From an uncultured Spirochaetota bacterium (lineage in GTDB: Bacteria > Spirochaetota > Brevinematia > Brevinematales > JAOACQ01), in the NCBI GenBank assembly GCA_963835575.1, contig CAWIGG010000002.1:608001-672000 (forward strand): a stretch of 64,000 bases of DNA. The letters run 5' to 3'. Position numbers and translations under genes: made by a program. The notes beneath the pieces were generated by a model. That model did no database searches and was not told the origin of the DNA. It saw only the letters and a list, made by a program, of their open reading frames with translations. Positions within the stretch are counted from its first letter, which is position 1. Each line of letters begins with the position of its first letter. Positions 40,519 to 51,160 of this stretch are shown in pieces.

Positions 40519-40680
40519 GGGCAGTTCCAAAAACCTTAAGTTTTTAGGAACTGCCCCGGTTATAAAAACTTTTTGGTTAATGTAAATGACGCAACTGCTA
40601 AGTTTGCAAAGCAAACTTAGCAGTTGCATGAATCAAAACAATGTCGGCAGTTCTAAAAATATGAGTTTTTAGAACTGCCC
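40519..40680. repeat. Three-hairpin intergenic repeat (second copy), flanked by TAAT
   Basis: gggcagttccaaaaac...gtttttaggaactgccc; central gcaactgctaagtttgc-aaa-gcaaacttagcagttgc; ggcagttctaaaaa...tttttagaactgccc. Confidence 0.8.
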
Positions 40681-40837
40681 TAATATTATTGGTAATATAA
40701 TCTCTAGTTAATCAGGTAATCCGGTTTGAAATCAGATTTAAAAAAATATCATTCAAATTTATAAAACTTGCATTGTTCAGTTACTTTATAATTTTCACAT
40801 TTCACTTTATAATTTATGCGAATTATTGGGAGGATAT

Positions 40838-41398
40838 ATGGTTTCATCAAATGATCTTAAAAAAAGCATTGTGTTAAAGATAGAGGGCGAACTCTATTCT
40901 GTACTCTGGTATCAGCATCATAAACCCGGGAAGGGAGGTGCCATTGTCAGGACAAAACTCAGAAATGTCATTAGAGACACCGTGATTGAAAAAACATTCC
41001 GCGCCGGCGAAATGCTTGAAGACGTCTTTGTCGAGAGCACCGAGGCGCAGCTCCTGTACAAGGAAGACGAACATTATATTTTTATGGATAATGAAAGTTA
41101 CGAGCAGTATTCGGTTTCCGAGAGCCTTGTCAGCGATTCGGCCAAATACTTAAAAAATGAAATGGTCTGCACGCTCTCAATTTATGAGGGAGAGGTTATC
41201 GGGGTTGAGCCGCCCATGTTTGTCGACCTGATCATAAAAGAAACTGACCCCGGTCTGCGGGGCGATACTGTCAGCGGCGGTTCCAAACCCGCAACACTGG
41301 AAACAGGCGCGGTCGTACAGGTGCCGCTTTTTGTCACCATCGGCGAAAAGGTGCGTGTGGATACAAGGGACGACCGTTATATTGAGAGGGTAAAATAG
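40838..41398 (+). CDS. efp: Elongation factor P
   Basis: HHKPGKGGA, TDPGLRGDT..GGSKPATLETG, VPLFV. Confidence 0.97.
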   Translation: MVSSNDLKKSIVLKIEGELYSVLWYQHHKPGKGGAIVRTKLRNVIRDTVIEKTFRAGEMLEDVFVESTEAQLLYKEDEHYIFMDNESYEQYSVSESLVSDSAKYLKNEMVCTLSIYEGEVIGVEPPMFVDLIIKETDPGLRGDTVSGGSKPATLETGAVVQVPLFVTIGEKVRVDTRDDRYIERVK

Positions 41399-41407
41399 GA
41401 GGGCGAT

Positions 41408-41872
41408 ATGATTGATATTAAAGATATCAAAAAGCTGCAGAATATTTTTTCAGGCGATGATATAGAGGAAATCGAGATCCGCAGCGGGAAGGACGCTGTC
41501 AGGATCATATCCGGGCAGAAAGTAAATCCGGCGGACAAGCTGGCAGCTAGGCAGGCAATGGAAGCTTCCGCATTATCTTCCGGGGCGCCGGCTCCTTCCG
41601 ATAAACCTGTTCTTCAGGAAAGCGGTCAGGTGTTTGAGCTCCGCTCTCTATGGATCGGTTTTTTTACGCGCCTGAACCCGAAAACGGGTGAAAACTACAT
41701 TAAGCTGAGGGACATCGTGAAGAAAGGCGGGCTTGTCGGGCATGTCCGTGTGCTGGGCGTCCTTCAGGATATCAGATCGGAAGTGAGCGGCAAGGTAAAG
41801 GAAGTGCTTGTCGAAGAGGGACAGCCCATAGAGTACGGCCAGCCGGTCATGCGTTTTGAAGTCCAGGGTTAA
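41408..41872 (+). CDS. AccB/BCCP-like protein lacking the biotinyl-lysine motif
   Basis: AccB architecture (N-terminal IEEIEI, Ala/Pro linker, SGKVKEVLVEEGQPIEYGQP) between efp and accC, but VRVLGVLQD replaces the canonical EAMKM. Confidence 0.8.
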   Translation: MIDIKDIKKLQNIFSGDDIEEIEIRSGKDAVRIISGQKVNPADKLAARQAMEASALSSGAPAPSDKPVLQESGQVFELRSLWIGFFTRLNPKTGENYIKLRDIVKKGGLVGHVRVLGVLQDIRSEVSGKVKEVLVEEGQPIEYGQPVMRFEVQG

Positions 41873-41891
41873 TGAAAAAAGGAGTAAAGCC

Positions 41892-43241
41892 ATGTTTAGA
41901 AAAATATTGATCGCGAATAGAGGCGAGATCGCCGTCAGGGTTATCAGGGCGGCCAGGGAACTCGGTATCCCGACGGTATCGGTCCATTCGGAAGCCGATG
42001 AGGAATGCCTTCATACGGAACTGTCCGACCAGGACGTCTGCATCGGGCCGGCTGTTTCGAGCGAAAGTTATCTGAATATACTTTCCATCATCAGCGCCGC
42101 TGAAATTACGGGCGCCGACGCCATCCATCCCGGCTACGGATTCCTTGCCGAAAATTCAAAATTTGCCAATATCTGCAAAGACCATAAAATCACGTTTATC
42201 GGTCCATCTGCCGAAGTGATCGACCTGCTGGGCCATAAGGCGATGGCCCGCAAGACGATGAAGGAGATCGGCGTTCCGATCACTCCGGGCACAGGCATTA
42301 TTCAAAACCCGGGCGAAGCCGTGGAGTTCGCCAAAGATTCCGGCTATCCCGTTATTGTCAAAGCCGTGGCAGGAGGAGGCGGAAAAGGGATGAGGGTGGC
42401 CTGGTCGGATGAGGAGCTTGTCAATATCATTCCGATAGCGCAGGGCGAGGCGAAATCGGCCTTCGGGAATCCGGATGTGTATATTGAAAAATATCTGAGC
42501 GACCCGCGCCATATTGAAATACAGTTTATCGCCGACCAGCATGGAAATGTGGTGCATCTCGGCGAAAGGGACTGCTCCATCCAGAGAAGGCACCAGAAGC
42601 TTGTGGAGGAATCGCCGAGTCCATGTTTGACCGCAGCGACAAGGGCTGAAATGGGCGAAGCGGCTAAAAAAGGAGTTCGAAAGGTCGGATATGTCGGAGC
42701 GGGGACCATGGAATTCCTCTACGACACGGACGGCAAGTTTTATTTTATGGAAGTGAACACAAGAATACAGGTGGAGCATCCTGTGACGGAAATGGTCACG
42801 AATATCGATATCGTCAAGGAGCAAATCCGCGTGGCGCTGGGGGAAAGACTTTCATTCAGGCAGGAAGACGTCAGGTTTACCGGTAACGCGATCGAATGCC
42901 GCGTAAACGCGGAAGACCCCTTTATGAATTTTATGCCGACCCCGGGAAAAATAGTGGATTTTCATATACCCGGAGGCCCCGGCGTGAGAGTGGACACGCA
43001 TGGTTACACAGGTTATGAGATCCCGAAATATTACGACTCCCTGCTGGCGAAGGTCATCACATGGGGAAGGGACAGGGACGAAGCCCTGGCGAGAATGAAA
43101 CGGACGCTGTTGGAATTTAAAGCGACCGGGATCAAGACGACGATACCTTTTTATGAAAAGCTCCTGGAAAACCCCGATTTCCAGAAGGGGAAATATTCCA
43201 CAAAATTCCTCGAGAATTTTAATTTTAAACCTGATAAATAG
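41892..43241 (+). CDS. accC: Biotin carboxylase
   Basis: KILIANRGEIA, IHPGYGFLAEN, GGGGKGMR, RDCSIQRRHQK, EVNTRIQVEHPVTE, YYDS. Confidence 0.97.
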   Translation: MFRKILIANRGEIAVRVIRAARELGIPTVSVHSEADEECLHTELSDQDVCIGPAVSSESYLNILSIISAAEITGADAIHPGYGFLAENSKFANICKDHKITFIGPSAEVIDLLGHKAMARKTMKEIGVPITPGTGIIQNPGEAVEFAKDSGYPVIVKAVAGGGGKGMRVAWSDEELVNIIPIAQGEAKSAFGNPDVYIEKYLSDPRHIEIQFIADQHGNVVHLGERDCSIQRRHQKLVEESPSPCLTAATRAEMGEAAKKGVRKVGYVGAGTMEFLYDTDGKFYFMEVNTRIQVEHPVTEMVTNIDIVKEQIRVALGERLSFRQEDVRFTGNAIECRVNAEDPFMNFMPTPGKIVDFHIPGGPGVRVDTHGYTGYEIPKYYDSLLAKVITWGRDRDEALARMKRTLLEFKATGIKTTIPFYEKLLENPDFQKGKYSTKFLENFNFKPDK

Positions 43242-43249
43242 GACGGACT

Positions 43250-43579
43250 ATGGACCAATTTATTATAGACAGGGAAAGCATCCGGAGTATTGTCCGCTTT
43301 ACAATAGAAAAGAATAAGGACGCGAGGACCGCGGAAATAGCGCCGGGAATAGGGAAAAAGCCGCCCATCGATATCACCTATACCTCAAAAACATCGCTCA
43401 ATGTCAAAGTCAAAGTGTTAGTGCGCTTCGGGGTTGATATTTTAAAAGCGACTGAAAAACTGGTAAAGGATATAAAAACCAATATTGAAAGCCAGGTCAA
43501 GGTGCAGGTTAAGGATGTGGATATAATAGTCAAGGACGTATTTAATGAGAAAGAGAACCCTCCGGCTGGTAAAAAATAG
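43250..43579 (+). CDS. Asp23/Gls24 family protein (YqhY-like)
   Basis: V.V.FG..I......L...IK..IE.....V..VDI.V pattern; position after accC. Confidence 0.75.
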   Translation: MDQFIIDRESIRSIVRFTIEKNKDARTAEIAPGIGKKPPIDITYTSKTSLNVKVKVLVRFGVDILKATEKLVKDIKTNIESQVKVQVKDVDIIVKDVFNEKENPPAGKK

Positions 43580-44120
43580 CGTCTCTGCCTTTTATTTGAT
43601 CATTTCCGCCGCCATCGGCATTTTATTTTATTCGATATTCCTGGGATTCCAGCCGGGAATAGACGTTTCCGGCCTGATCCAGGCCAGGGCCGGTTTAAAG
43701 CCCTTTGCCCTTTTCGGGATATGCGCCTGCGTACTCATCAGTTTTCCCGTCATACTATCAGCGCTCTTTATTTACGATCATTTTTCAGGCTCTTATATCA
43801 CGGCTTCCGGGAACGGGAGCGTTCATCTGAGCGATAAAGCAATTGAAGGTTTTATCCAGGGGACCGCCGCGGATATCGTTGGGGTGGAATCCCCGGAAGC
43901 GGTTGTCGATGTTCTTAAGGACAACAGGATAGGCGTTCATCTCCGGCTCGATACCTTTGTAAAAAGCGATTTTACCGGTTTCGCCGAACGCGTAAAGAAA
44001 AAGATCATCAAGGAGCTTGAATTGAATCTTGGAATAAATAAGTTCAAATATTTTCATGTCACAATCGAATCGATCGATATTCATACCGGTCCCGGCAATT
44101 ACAGGGTGAGTTATAAATGA
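43545..44120 (+). CDS. AmaP-like membrane anchor of Asp23
   Basis: Two N-terminal TM helices then G.V.LS..AIE Asp23-like domain. Confidence 0.65.
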   Translation: MRKRTLRLVKNSVSAFYLIISAAIGILFYSIFLGFQPGIDVSGLIQARAGLKPFALFGICACVLISFPVILSALFIYDHFSGSYITASGNGSVHLSDKAIEGFIQGTAADIVGVESPEAVVDVLKDNRIGVHLRLDTFVKSDFTGFAERVKKKIIKELELNLGINKFKYFHVTIESIDIHTGPGNYRVSYK

Positions 44121-45295
44121 AATCGATTATTATTAAACAGGGCAGGGAAAAATCCATCCACCACCGCCATCCATGGATCTTCTCCGGCGCTATACAGAAA
44201 ACTGAAGGCAATCCCGAAGCCGGCGAAATTGTTGAGATCAGGGACTCCAAAGGCGCCATTCTGGCTAAGGGCTATTATAACGCCCGATCACAAATCCAGG
44301 CGCGTATCCTTGAGTGGAATGAGGGCGTCGAGATCAACAGGGACTGGCGGGAGAAAAAAATCCGCGCATCCATTCTAAAAAGGAAGAACATCGCGGGTAC
44401 TGACGCCATGCGCCTGATCTACGGTGAGGCCGATTTTCTGCCGGGGCTGATCGCCGACAGGTACGGGGATTATATCGTCCTGCAGTTTTTGACGGCCGGC
44501 ATCGACCGGGTCAAAAAAGAAATAGTTGAAATCATCGATTCAATATTAAAACCGAAGGCCATTTATGAAAAAAGCGACGCCGACGTGCGCTCGCTAGAAG
44601 GCTTACCGCCTTCAAGCGGATTGATGCTGGGGAAAGAGGTCCCGGAATTGTTGGAAATTACCGAGAACGGTTTGAAATATTTTGTAAACCTCAAGGAAGG
44701 GCAGAAGACCGGCTTTTTCCTGGACCAGAGGGAAAACAGGAAGATCATTATGCCGTACGCGGAAGGGAAGGAAGTCCTGGACGGTTTCTGCTATACCGGC
44801 GGCTTTACCCTGAGCGCGCTGAAGGGCGGGGCGAAGTCTGTCGTTTCTGTCGATTCCTCGGCCGAAGCATTGGGCCTCCTTGAAAAAAACCTGAAAAATA
44901 ACGCAATGACTCAATCTCAATCAAATATCATTCAGGCGGATGTTTTTACATTGTTAAGGCAGTACAGGGATGAGGAAAGGCTTTTTGATATGGTGATCCT
45001 CGATCCGCCGAAACTGGCGCCGACGAAGTACCACCGCGATAAAGCCCTCAGGGCTTATAAGGACGTCAACCTGCTCGCCATGAGAATTTTAAGGGAAAAC
45101 GGCCTGCTGGTCACTTTCTCATGCTCCGGCGGCGTCAGCCTCGCCGATTTCAAGATGATGATAGGCTGGGCGAGCATCGACGCAAAGAGAGAGGTACAGA
45201 TCATCCGCACGCTGTCGCAGGCGGAGGACCATCCGATCAGGGTATCATATCCTGAATCTGAGTACCTGAAGGGACTCGTCTGCAGGGTGATATAA
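44117..45295 (+). CDS. RlmI/YccW-family SAM-dependent rRNA methyltransferase
   Basis: HPWIFSG (PUA), GEAD.LPGLI.DRY, GQKTGFFLDQR, FCYTGGF, LDPP, FSCS, DHP......E.EYLKG. Confidence 0.92.
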   Translation: MKSIIIKQGREKSIHHRHPWIFSGAIQKTEGNPEAGEIVEIRDSKGAILAKGYYNARSQIQARILEWNEGVEINRDWREKKIRASILKRKNIAGTDAMRLIYGEADFLPGLIADRYGDYIVLQFLTAGIDRVKKEIVEIIDSILKPKAIYEKSDADVRSLEGLPPSSGLMLGKEVPELLEITENGLKYFVNLKEGQKTGFFLDQRENRKIIMPYAEGKEVLDGFCYTGGFTLSALKGGAKSVVSVDSSAEALGLLEKNLKNNAMTQSQSNIIQADVFTLLRQYRDEERLFDMVILDPPKLAPTKYHRDKALRAYKDVNLLAMRILRENGLLVTFSCSGGVSLADFKMMIGWASIDAKREVQIIRTLSQAEDHPIRVSYPESEYLKGLVCRVI

Positions 45296-45397
45296 AAAAT
45301 ATTTCTCTTTGCAGTACAGCCTGCTGTAAGATGGCCGGCAACGTCGGCCGGAAACAACATTTATTTTCTTTAGAAATCTAATTGGGAATTTTTATTC

Positions 45398-46523
45398 CGA
45401 CAGGCTGTCGGGGGTTGCGTCTTTTCTGCGTGTCTACATTATCGGGTAAGGGTCACCGCCGGACAAAAGAAAAGCGAACAACCCCCGACTGTCAGTCGCA
45501 AACCCCCTCCATTGTATTAATAATGAAAATAATATACAATTAATCCTACACATCCGCCTCATCCGTGCCAATCCATGCGCAGAATCGGATTGTATAATAA
45601 AGCCGATAATTAATAATAGATCCCAAGGAGCACACCATGCCCGACCAAGAAGTAAAAACCCTCCGCGACATGATCTTCTTCCAGTACGCCAAGCTGATCG
45701 TCCGCAGCAGTAAAGGTTACTTGAACGGAAAGGAAGCCAAGGAAAAGGACTACGGCCTGATCAAGACCAAATTCCGCCGGCTCCGGGACGAGGCCATCTC
45801 CTGGTCTGATATCCTCCGGGAGGACAAACAGTTCGCCGAGGCCGAAAAAGTCTGCGCCTACTGCGGAGCGGAGAAAAACCTGCAGTGGGAGCATATCGTC
45901 CCGAAGTCGCTCAAGATCAAGCCCGAATGCGGCGCCTGCGACGCGATACAGAGTATTCATAATCAGGTATTGGCCTGCCGGAAATGCAACGCGTCGAAGG
46001 GAACAATGGGGCTTTATTCATTTTATAAGAAGAAAGACCCCGACAACCCGAAGTATTTTGACTACCTGCCCGCGATTCTGGAAAAGAAGTACCTTAAAAC
46101 GATTTATCAGTGCCACGAATGTGCCGGGACACTGGATAATACCGATCTCGACGGCGACGGTGTGATGGCTGTACTGGATGTGGACTGGATTGTGAAATAG
46201 AACCCCGTTCCCGAGGCCATTTTCCATTAGCCATAATCTGCACATAAAATATCTTGATTTATAGATGTGTCATCCGCTAACATAATAATAGAAGAGAGGC
46301 ACAAGTTTTTGACAGGATGTCAAAACCGACGCATAAAGCCATCGGATGGCGACATAAGGAGGCTATATTAATGAGGAGTCGTTTTTTAAAAGCCGGATAA
46401 CACACATCCATACTTTCAGACAGCTTCGACTGAAAATGACCTCGACCTGTTTTCTTTCTTTAGCGCGATATTTCTTTCTTTTCGAAAAGAAAGAAATATC
46501 GTAATTCCCCCGACAGCCTGTCG
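45398..46523. repeat. 17-bp perfect inverted repeats bracketing the HNH gene, plus internal palindromes
   Basis: cgacaggctgtcggggg (45398-45414) / cccccgacagcctgtcg (46507-46523); 36-bp perfect palindrome at 46466-46501. Confidence 0.75.
45637..46200 (+). CDS. HNH endonuclease with zinc-finger Cys pairs
   Basis: CAYCG...WEHIVPKS...NQVLACRKCNASK; AGGAG RBS. Confidence 0.88.
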   Translation: MPDQEVKTLRDMIFFQYAKLIVRSSKGYLNGKEAKEKDYGLIKTKFRRLRDEAISWSDILREDKQFAEAEKVCAYCGAEKNLQWEHIVPKSLKIKPECGACDAIQSIHNQVLACRKCNASKGTMGLYSFYKKKDPDNPKYFDYLPAILEKKYLKTIYQCHECAGTLDNTDLDGDGVMAVLDVDWIVK

Positions 46524-46582
46524 TGACAAAAACCCCAAATGCAATTTAAAAGAAATGAAATTTAAATAATCATTTCATTAAA

Positions 46583-48424
46583 TCAGTTTGAAGAATTGAC
46601 CATATTCTTCAACTGCCGATAAAGCATCTCCACCTGTGGGTCGGGAAAAAGCTCCCTTGTTATTTCAAGCTCTTTCACTGCCCCCTGAATGTCGCCAAGC
46701 CTGAACCGTACATACGCCAGGCAGAAGTGCGAATAAATACACTGAGGGCTGGCGGCGATGGAGCGCTCCAGCTCAGCTATTACTTTACCGCGGGTGTTGT
46801 CATTAGTGATAAATTGATCCAGAAGGGGCGGCGCCATAACCGCCGGCTGAAGCATGGCGTACTCGTCTCTTTTGATGACCGCGTCGTTTTTCGGGCTGAA
46901 GCCGCGCTTGATGTAGACAAGCGAATTGTTATCGAAATAGACCAGCGCCCAGACGCTTCTGTCGAAGAGATATTCCATATAGTTATTTACTACTAAATTT
47001 CCGATGTTCGACGCGTAAGGCACCACGGCGAAAGAAATACCGTATAGTCTGCATTGCTCATAAAAATAAGCCGGCGGCTTCTGCAGGATTTTCGTCCTGA
47101 AATCATTGATGAACTCATCGGGATAGACCTGGACGCGCCCGTCGATATAAACCGGGTATTTCCTGAGCTCCCAGATCAGATAGCCGCCCCATTCAAAGGG
47201 GTTGAACATATTCCCGTCCAGGTCGCTCTGATTCAGATAAAGCGCTGAATGAACGGGATAATCCTTTTCACTCAGGCCGATACCGATAGGTTTATGAAAT
47301 TGATAAATCAGGAATGATTGCGTAACCAGCAGGACAATAAAAGCGCCGGTAAATAGCGCTTTGAATTTAGATCTATTTTCACCGTATTTTGTGAGATTGA
47401 AGGCCGCCGGCGCAGCCGTCACCGCCGCGATAATTCCCAGGTCGCCCAGGAACCTGACGGAATAGACCCCGAGAAGTGTAAAAAAGAACAGTAGAAAAGA
47501 GCGGAAAAAATCCTTTTTAATCAAATAATAAACGGTGATGCCGGTGAAAACCGCGAGGTAGCTCAATATAATGACGATGTATAAAATTCCCGATTTCGGC
47601 AGGACCTCAAAGAGCGAGAAAAATTCTTCCGTCGCTTTTGTCGCCGGGACAAATGTGCTGTAAACCTTAATGAAGTTCGGATTGGCCAGGCTCAGGCATA
47701 AAAGAAAAGCCGTCAGTATGAGCGCGTTTTTTATATCCGGATTTTTGTCTTTTAAAAAGAATCTGCGGACAAGCGCCGCGGCGATCCAGATAAAAAGCAC
47801 GGCAAAGGCTTCAGCGAAGGATGAATGGCTGTTGACCCATAATATAAACAGGAAAGCAGTCAGCCATAAATAAGGGTTTTTAAAAAACGCGGCGGGGCCT
47901 GATTCTTCATTCCGGCCGGACAAAGCTTTCGGAAGAATTAGAATAAATAAAACAAGATAAATATTGCCGAGGAGGTGCGGGCGGATCATGATCCTCGGCA
48001 TATAGAGGAACGCGAAAGCCAGGAAAAGATTGATGATGATCAAGAGGGAAAGAAAGAGGCTCTGCCTGGAAAAAGAGGCTTTAAATAAATAAAGCCATAC
48101 GCAGGTAAATAATATCAGGACTAAAACGCATTGAAACAGGACAAGTCCGTTGATATTCCCGATGGTGTTAAATAAATAACTTGCCGCGTCGAAAAGCCAT
48201 GAGTAGGCGGGATTGAAATTTCCCTTTGCCGTAAAGGAGTAGCTTTCGGTCAGCGGGAAAAAATGGTTTTTAACGATATCCTCGCCTGTCCGCAGATGAA
48301 AGCCGTAATCGGGATTGTCCACAGGGTTGATAGAGAGAAACAGGGCGAGTAAAACAGGAAATAAGAGTTGAATGAATTTAAATATATTCCCGGATTTTTT
48401 AAAATCAATGGATTCCATTTTCAT
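46583..48424 (-). CDS. Polytopic membrane protein (GT-C-like) with C-terminal TPR
   Basis: DNPDYGFHLRTG, YSWLF, RPHL, LWVNSHS, NP, GGYLIW..YIDGR; ~10 TM segments. Confidence 0.7.
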   Translation of the reverse strand: MKMESIDFKKSGNIFKFIQLLFPVLLALFLSINPVDNPDYGFHLRTGEDIVKNHFFPLTESYSFTAKGNFNPAYSWLFDAASYLFNTIGNINGLVLFQCVLVLILFTCVWLYLFKASFSRQSLFLSLLIIINLFLAFAFLYMPRIMIRPHLLGNIYLVLFILILPKALSGRNEESGPAAFFKNPYLWLTAFLFILWVNSHSSFAEAFAVLFIWIAAALVRRFFLKDKNPDIKNALILTAFLLCLSLANPNFIKVYSTFVPATKATEEFFSLFEVLPKSGILYIVIILSYLAVFTGITVYYLIKKDFFRSFLLFFFTLLGVYSVRFLGDLGIIAAVTAAPAAFNLTKYGENRSKFKALFTGAFIVLLVTQSFLIYQFHKPIGIGLSEKDYPVHSALYLNQSDLDGNMFNPFEWGGYLIWELRKYPVYIDGRVQVYPDEFINDFRTKILQKPPAYFYEQCRLYGISFAVVPYASNIGNLVVNNYMEYLFDRSVWALVYFDNNSLVYIKRGFSPKNDAVIKRDEYAMLQPAVMAPPLLDQFITNDNTRGKVIAELERSIAASPQCIYSHFCLAYVRFRLGDIQGAVKELEITRELFPDPQVEMLYRQLKNMVNSSN

Positions 48425-48536
48425 GTTTAATATCCGCAAAAAAAAGACTTGCTGATATTGTATATTTTACTCTAAAATAAGACAAGAATTATAAATTGAG
48501 GGTTGTAGTTCATACTCTTCCATTTATTTCCGGTCA

Positions 48537-48812
48537 TTGTCCGTGATAAATTATTTAACCAATTCTAGCGAATGGTATCATATCGTATTGATAAACGACA
48601 GTATCAAAAAGAAAATGTATTTTTATATTAACGGCAAAAAAACCAATAAAGAAAATAGATATTACAAAATCAAAGCGGATTCCGATTTGTTCATTGGATA
48701 CGGTCCTTCCGGGGAAAATGAATACGCGCTCGGAAGAATTGATGATCTGGGAATATTTAATTATGCCTTGACGGAAGATCAAGTTGAAAAACTATACACA
48801 GAAAGGGGATAG
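48537..48812 (+). pseudogene. LamG/concanavalin-like domain C-terminal fragment
   Basis: WYHIVL, YFYING, LFIG, GRIDDLGIFNYALTEDQV..LY; no signal peptide and no clear start. Confidence 0.6.
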
Positions 48813-49125
48813 ACTGGCAAAAAATAAAAAAGCTTCTATCAAAAAATATTTTTAAAAAAACGTAAAATTCTTCCTCCTGATGCGATAATAATATGAATAT
48901 TTTTGAATTGAGTGGATTTTGTATATTTTAAAACAATATTATGGGACCATTTTTTAAGATAGCCCTTTAATTCATTTCAATAGAAAAATTATTCATATAT
49001 TTTTAAATTTTATCAAAATTGAATGCCTCAAAACGTATTATATTTAAGAGGAAAAACCTCGACAACTCAGCATTTATGTATATCAAAATTGCTAAGTATC
49101 TTAAAGAAAGTATTCCGGAGGAATT

Positions 49126-51040
49126 ATGAAGAAATATTTGTGCTTTAGTATTTTCATTTTTACAGCATTTATGTTCTTTTCCTGTACTGTGAATCCGACC
49201 GGAGGAAGCAATGCGCCGGGAGGTTCACAATCATCATCTTCAACTTCATCGTCTGACGGCAATTTGCTTAAGAACGGAACATTTTCGGAAGGGACCAACA
49301 ACTGGGAATTGTGGGCGAACGATACCGCTCAGGTTTCCTGGACTGTTGAAAACGGGGAAGCGAAGATCACATTTACTGACCCGGGACAGCATGCGTGGTC
49401 TGTCGGATTCCGTCAAAACAGGTTCCCGATTGAAAGCGGCGAAACCTACGTTTTAACATTCCAGGTCAGCTCGGACTCATCGCGGGAAATACAATCCTTT
49501 GTTCAGCTTGACGGCAGTCCCTGGACCATGTATTCGACCGACAATCTTTATATTATCACAAACAATATGACTGAATATACCTATACTTTTACCATGTACA
49601 ATCCGACCGATAATGCGTCGGATTTAGAGTTTTTCATCGGCGGGCCGGGCGCGGGGACAACTTATATCGATAATGTGGTATTGAAAAAAATCAGTCCCGA
49701 GCCCGCCCAGCAGAACTATCCTTCGGTCAAACCGGTTATGGACAGGTCCAATATCATTATTTATGAATTGGTTCCCGGGTCTTACAACGGCGGGTCCTGG
49801 GACGGGGGATACTGCCTTAAAGGGATCACGGGCAAGCTGGACAAAATCAAGGAGCTCGGCGTGAACTGCATCTGGCTGACCCCCATATTCCAGGGCGAAG
49901 GGATGGGCTACTGGACGTACGATTTTTATAAGATCAGTACTAAATTAGGCACTCTCAATGATATAAAGGAGTTTGTCTACGAAGCCCACAAACGGAATAT
50001 CATGGTCATTCTGGACCTGGCGTTCAATCACACCTGGACCCAGCACCCGTTTTTCCAGGATGTTTTAAAGAATAAAGGCCTGTCCCCTTACAGGGATTAT
50101 TATATCTGGAGCGGCGAGCCCGGGAACTCTAACTTTCAGTTATTGCTACGACTGGACCAATCTGCCGAGTCTCAATCTGACAAACCAGACGGTAAGGGAA
50201 TACGTATACGGCGTGGCGGAATACTGGCTGACCAATCTGGACATTGACGGCTATAGAATGGATTGCGCGTTCCTGCTCGAAGACAGATATCCCGGTTTCA
50301 GTTTAATTTTAAAGAACTGTCTTGCCGCCATAAAACCGGATATTTTCCTTCTCGCTGAGGGAAATGTTAACGAGGGCCGGTTTTTTAATAACGGTTACAA
50401 CAGCGCTTACGACTGGGATTTGAGGGGTTCCGATACATCTGGAATTCCCGCTTTGTTTTCCGGACTGAAGACAGCATTTGATGTCCATAATGTTCTGACA
50501 AGAAGTTTGCCGGCAAACGGTCAGCCGTTCCGGTTCGCCGAGAACCATGATTATCCCCGCGCCGCTTCCCTCTGGGGCGTAAACGGATCCATAGTCGCGC
50601 ATACGATAGTTTTAACATCAAGGGGATACCCGGATGTGTTCGGCGGGGCCGAAGTAGGTTTTGCCCCGGCAATGACCCATCCGTATTCTGAGAATGATCC
50701 GATTGTCTGGGATTTTAATGCGCCTATATACAGTTACTTTAAAAAGCTGATTGCCGTCAGGAACCAATATCTCAAGAGTGATCTGCAACAGTACTGGATC
50801 AATAATGATTCGAGCGTCATTTACTCATCCCTCTCTGTCAGCGGGACAAATAGACTGATCGTACTGGCGAATTGCACAAATGAGAGCAGGACAGCGGTTC
50901 TTTCGCTGACAAATGCCGAACTCGGGACAATAAGCTCTCTGACTGAATTGATCAGCGGCACAAATGTAATATATAGCGGAGGAGGCACCCTGACCGTGAC
51001 TTTAGGAGGGTATGAAACAGCCATATACCTGGTCAGGTAA
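49126..51040 (+). pseudogene. Lipoprotein CBM4/9 + GH13 alpha-amylase, split by a +1 frameshift at ~50140
   Basis: Lipobox FFSC; NLLKNGTF CBM; WLTPIF, DLAFNHT in the first ORF. After cagTtattgc the next frame reads YCYDWTNLPSLNLTNQTVREY and continues into DGYRMDCA, LAE, ENHD. Confidence 0.8.
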
Positions 51041-51064
51041 TTATCTATTTCCTTTTATGCAATA

Positions 51065-51119
51065 ATCCCTCGCCAGTTCTATATCTGAGCCTCATAGACT
51101 GGCGGGGGATATTTTTTTA
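51065..51119 (+). terminator. Intrinsic terminator
   Basis: atcccctcgccagttctat...atagactggcgggggat followed by a T-tract. Confidence 0.75.
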
Positions 51120-51131
51120 TTTTTGAAAAAA

Positions 51132-51160
51132 TTGACTTATTATATTGGAATTAATAAATT
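51132..51160 (+). promoter_or_regulatory. Sigma70-type promoter candidate for icd
   Basis: TTGACT-N17-TAAATT. Confidence 0.55.

Noticed and set aside
45300..46560. Integron cassette interpretation of the HNH region
   Set aside because: No convincing attC (RYYYAAC...GTTRRRY) pair and no integrase in the window
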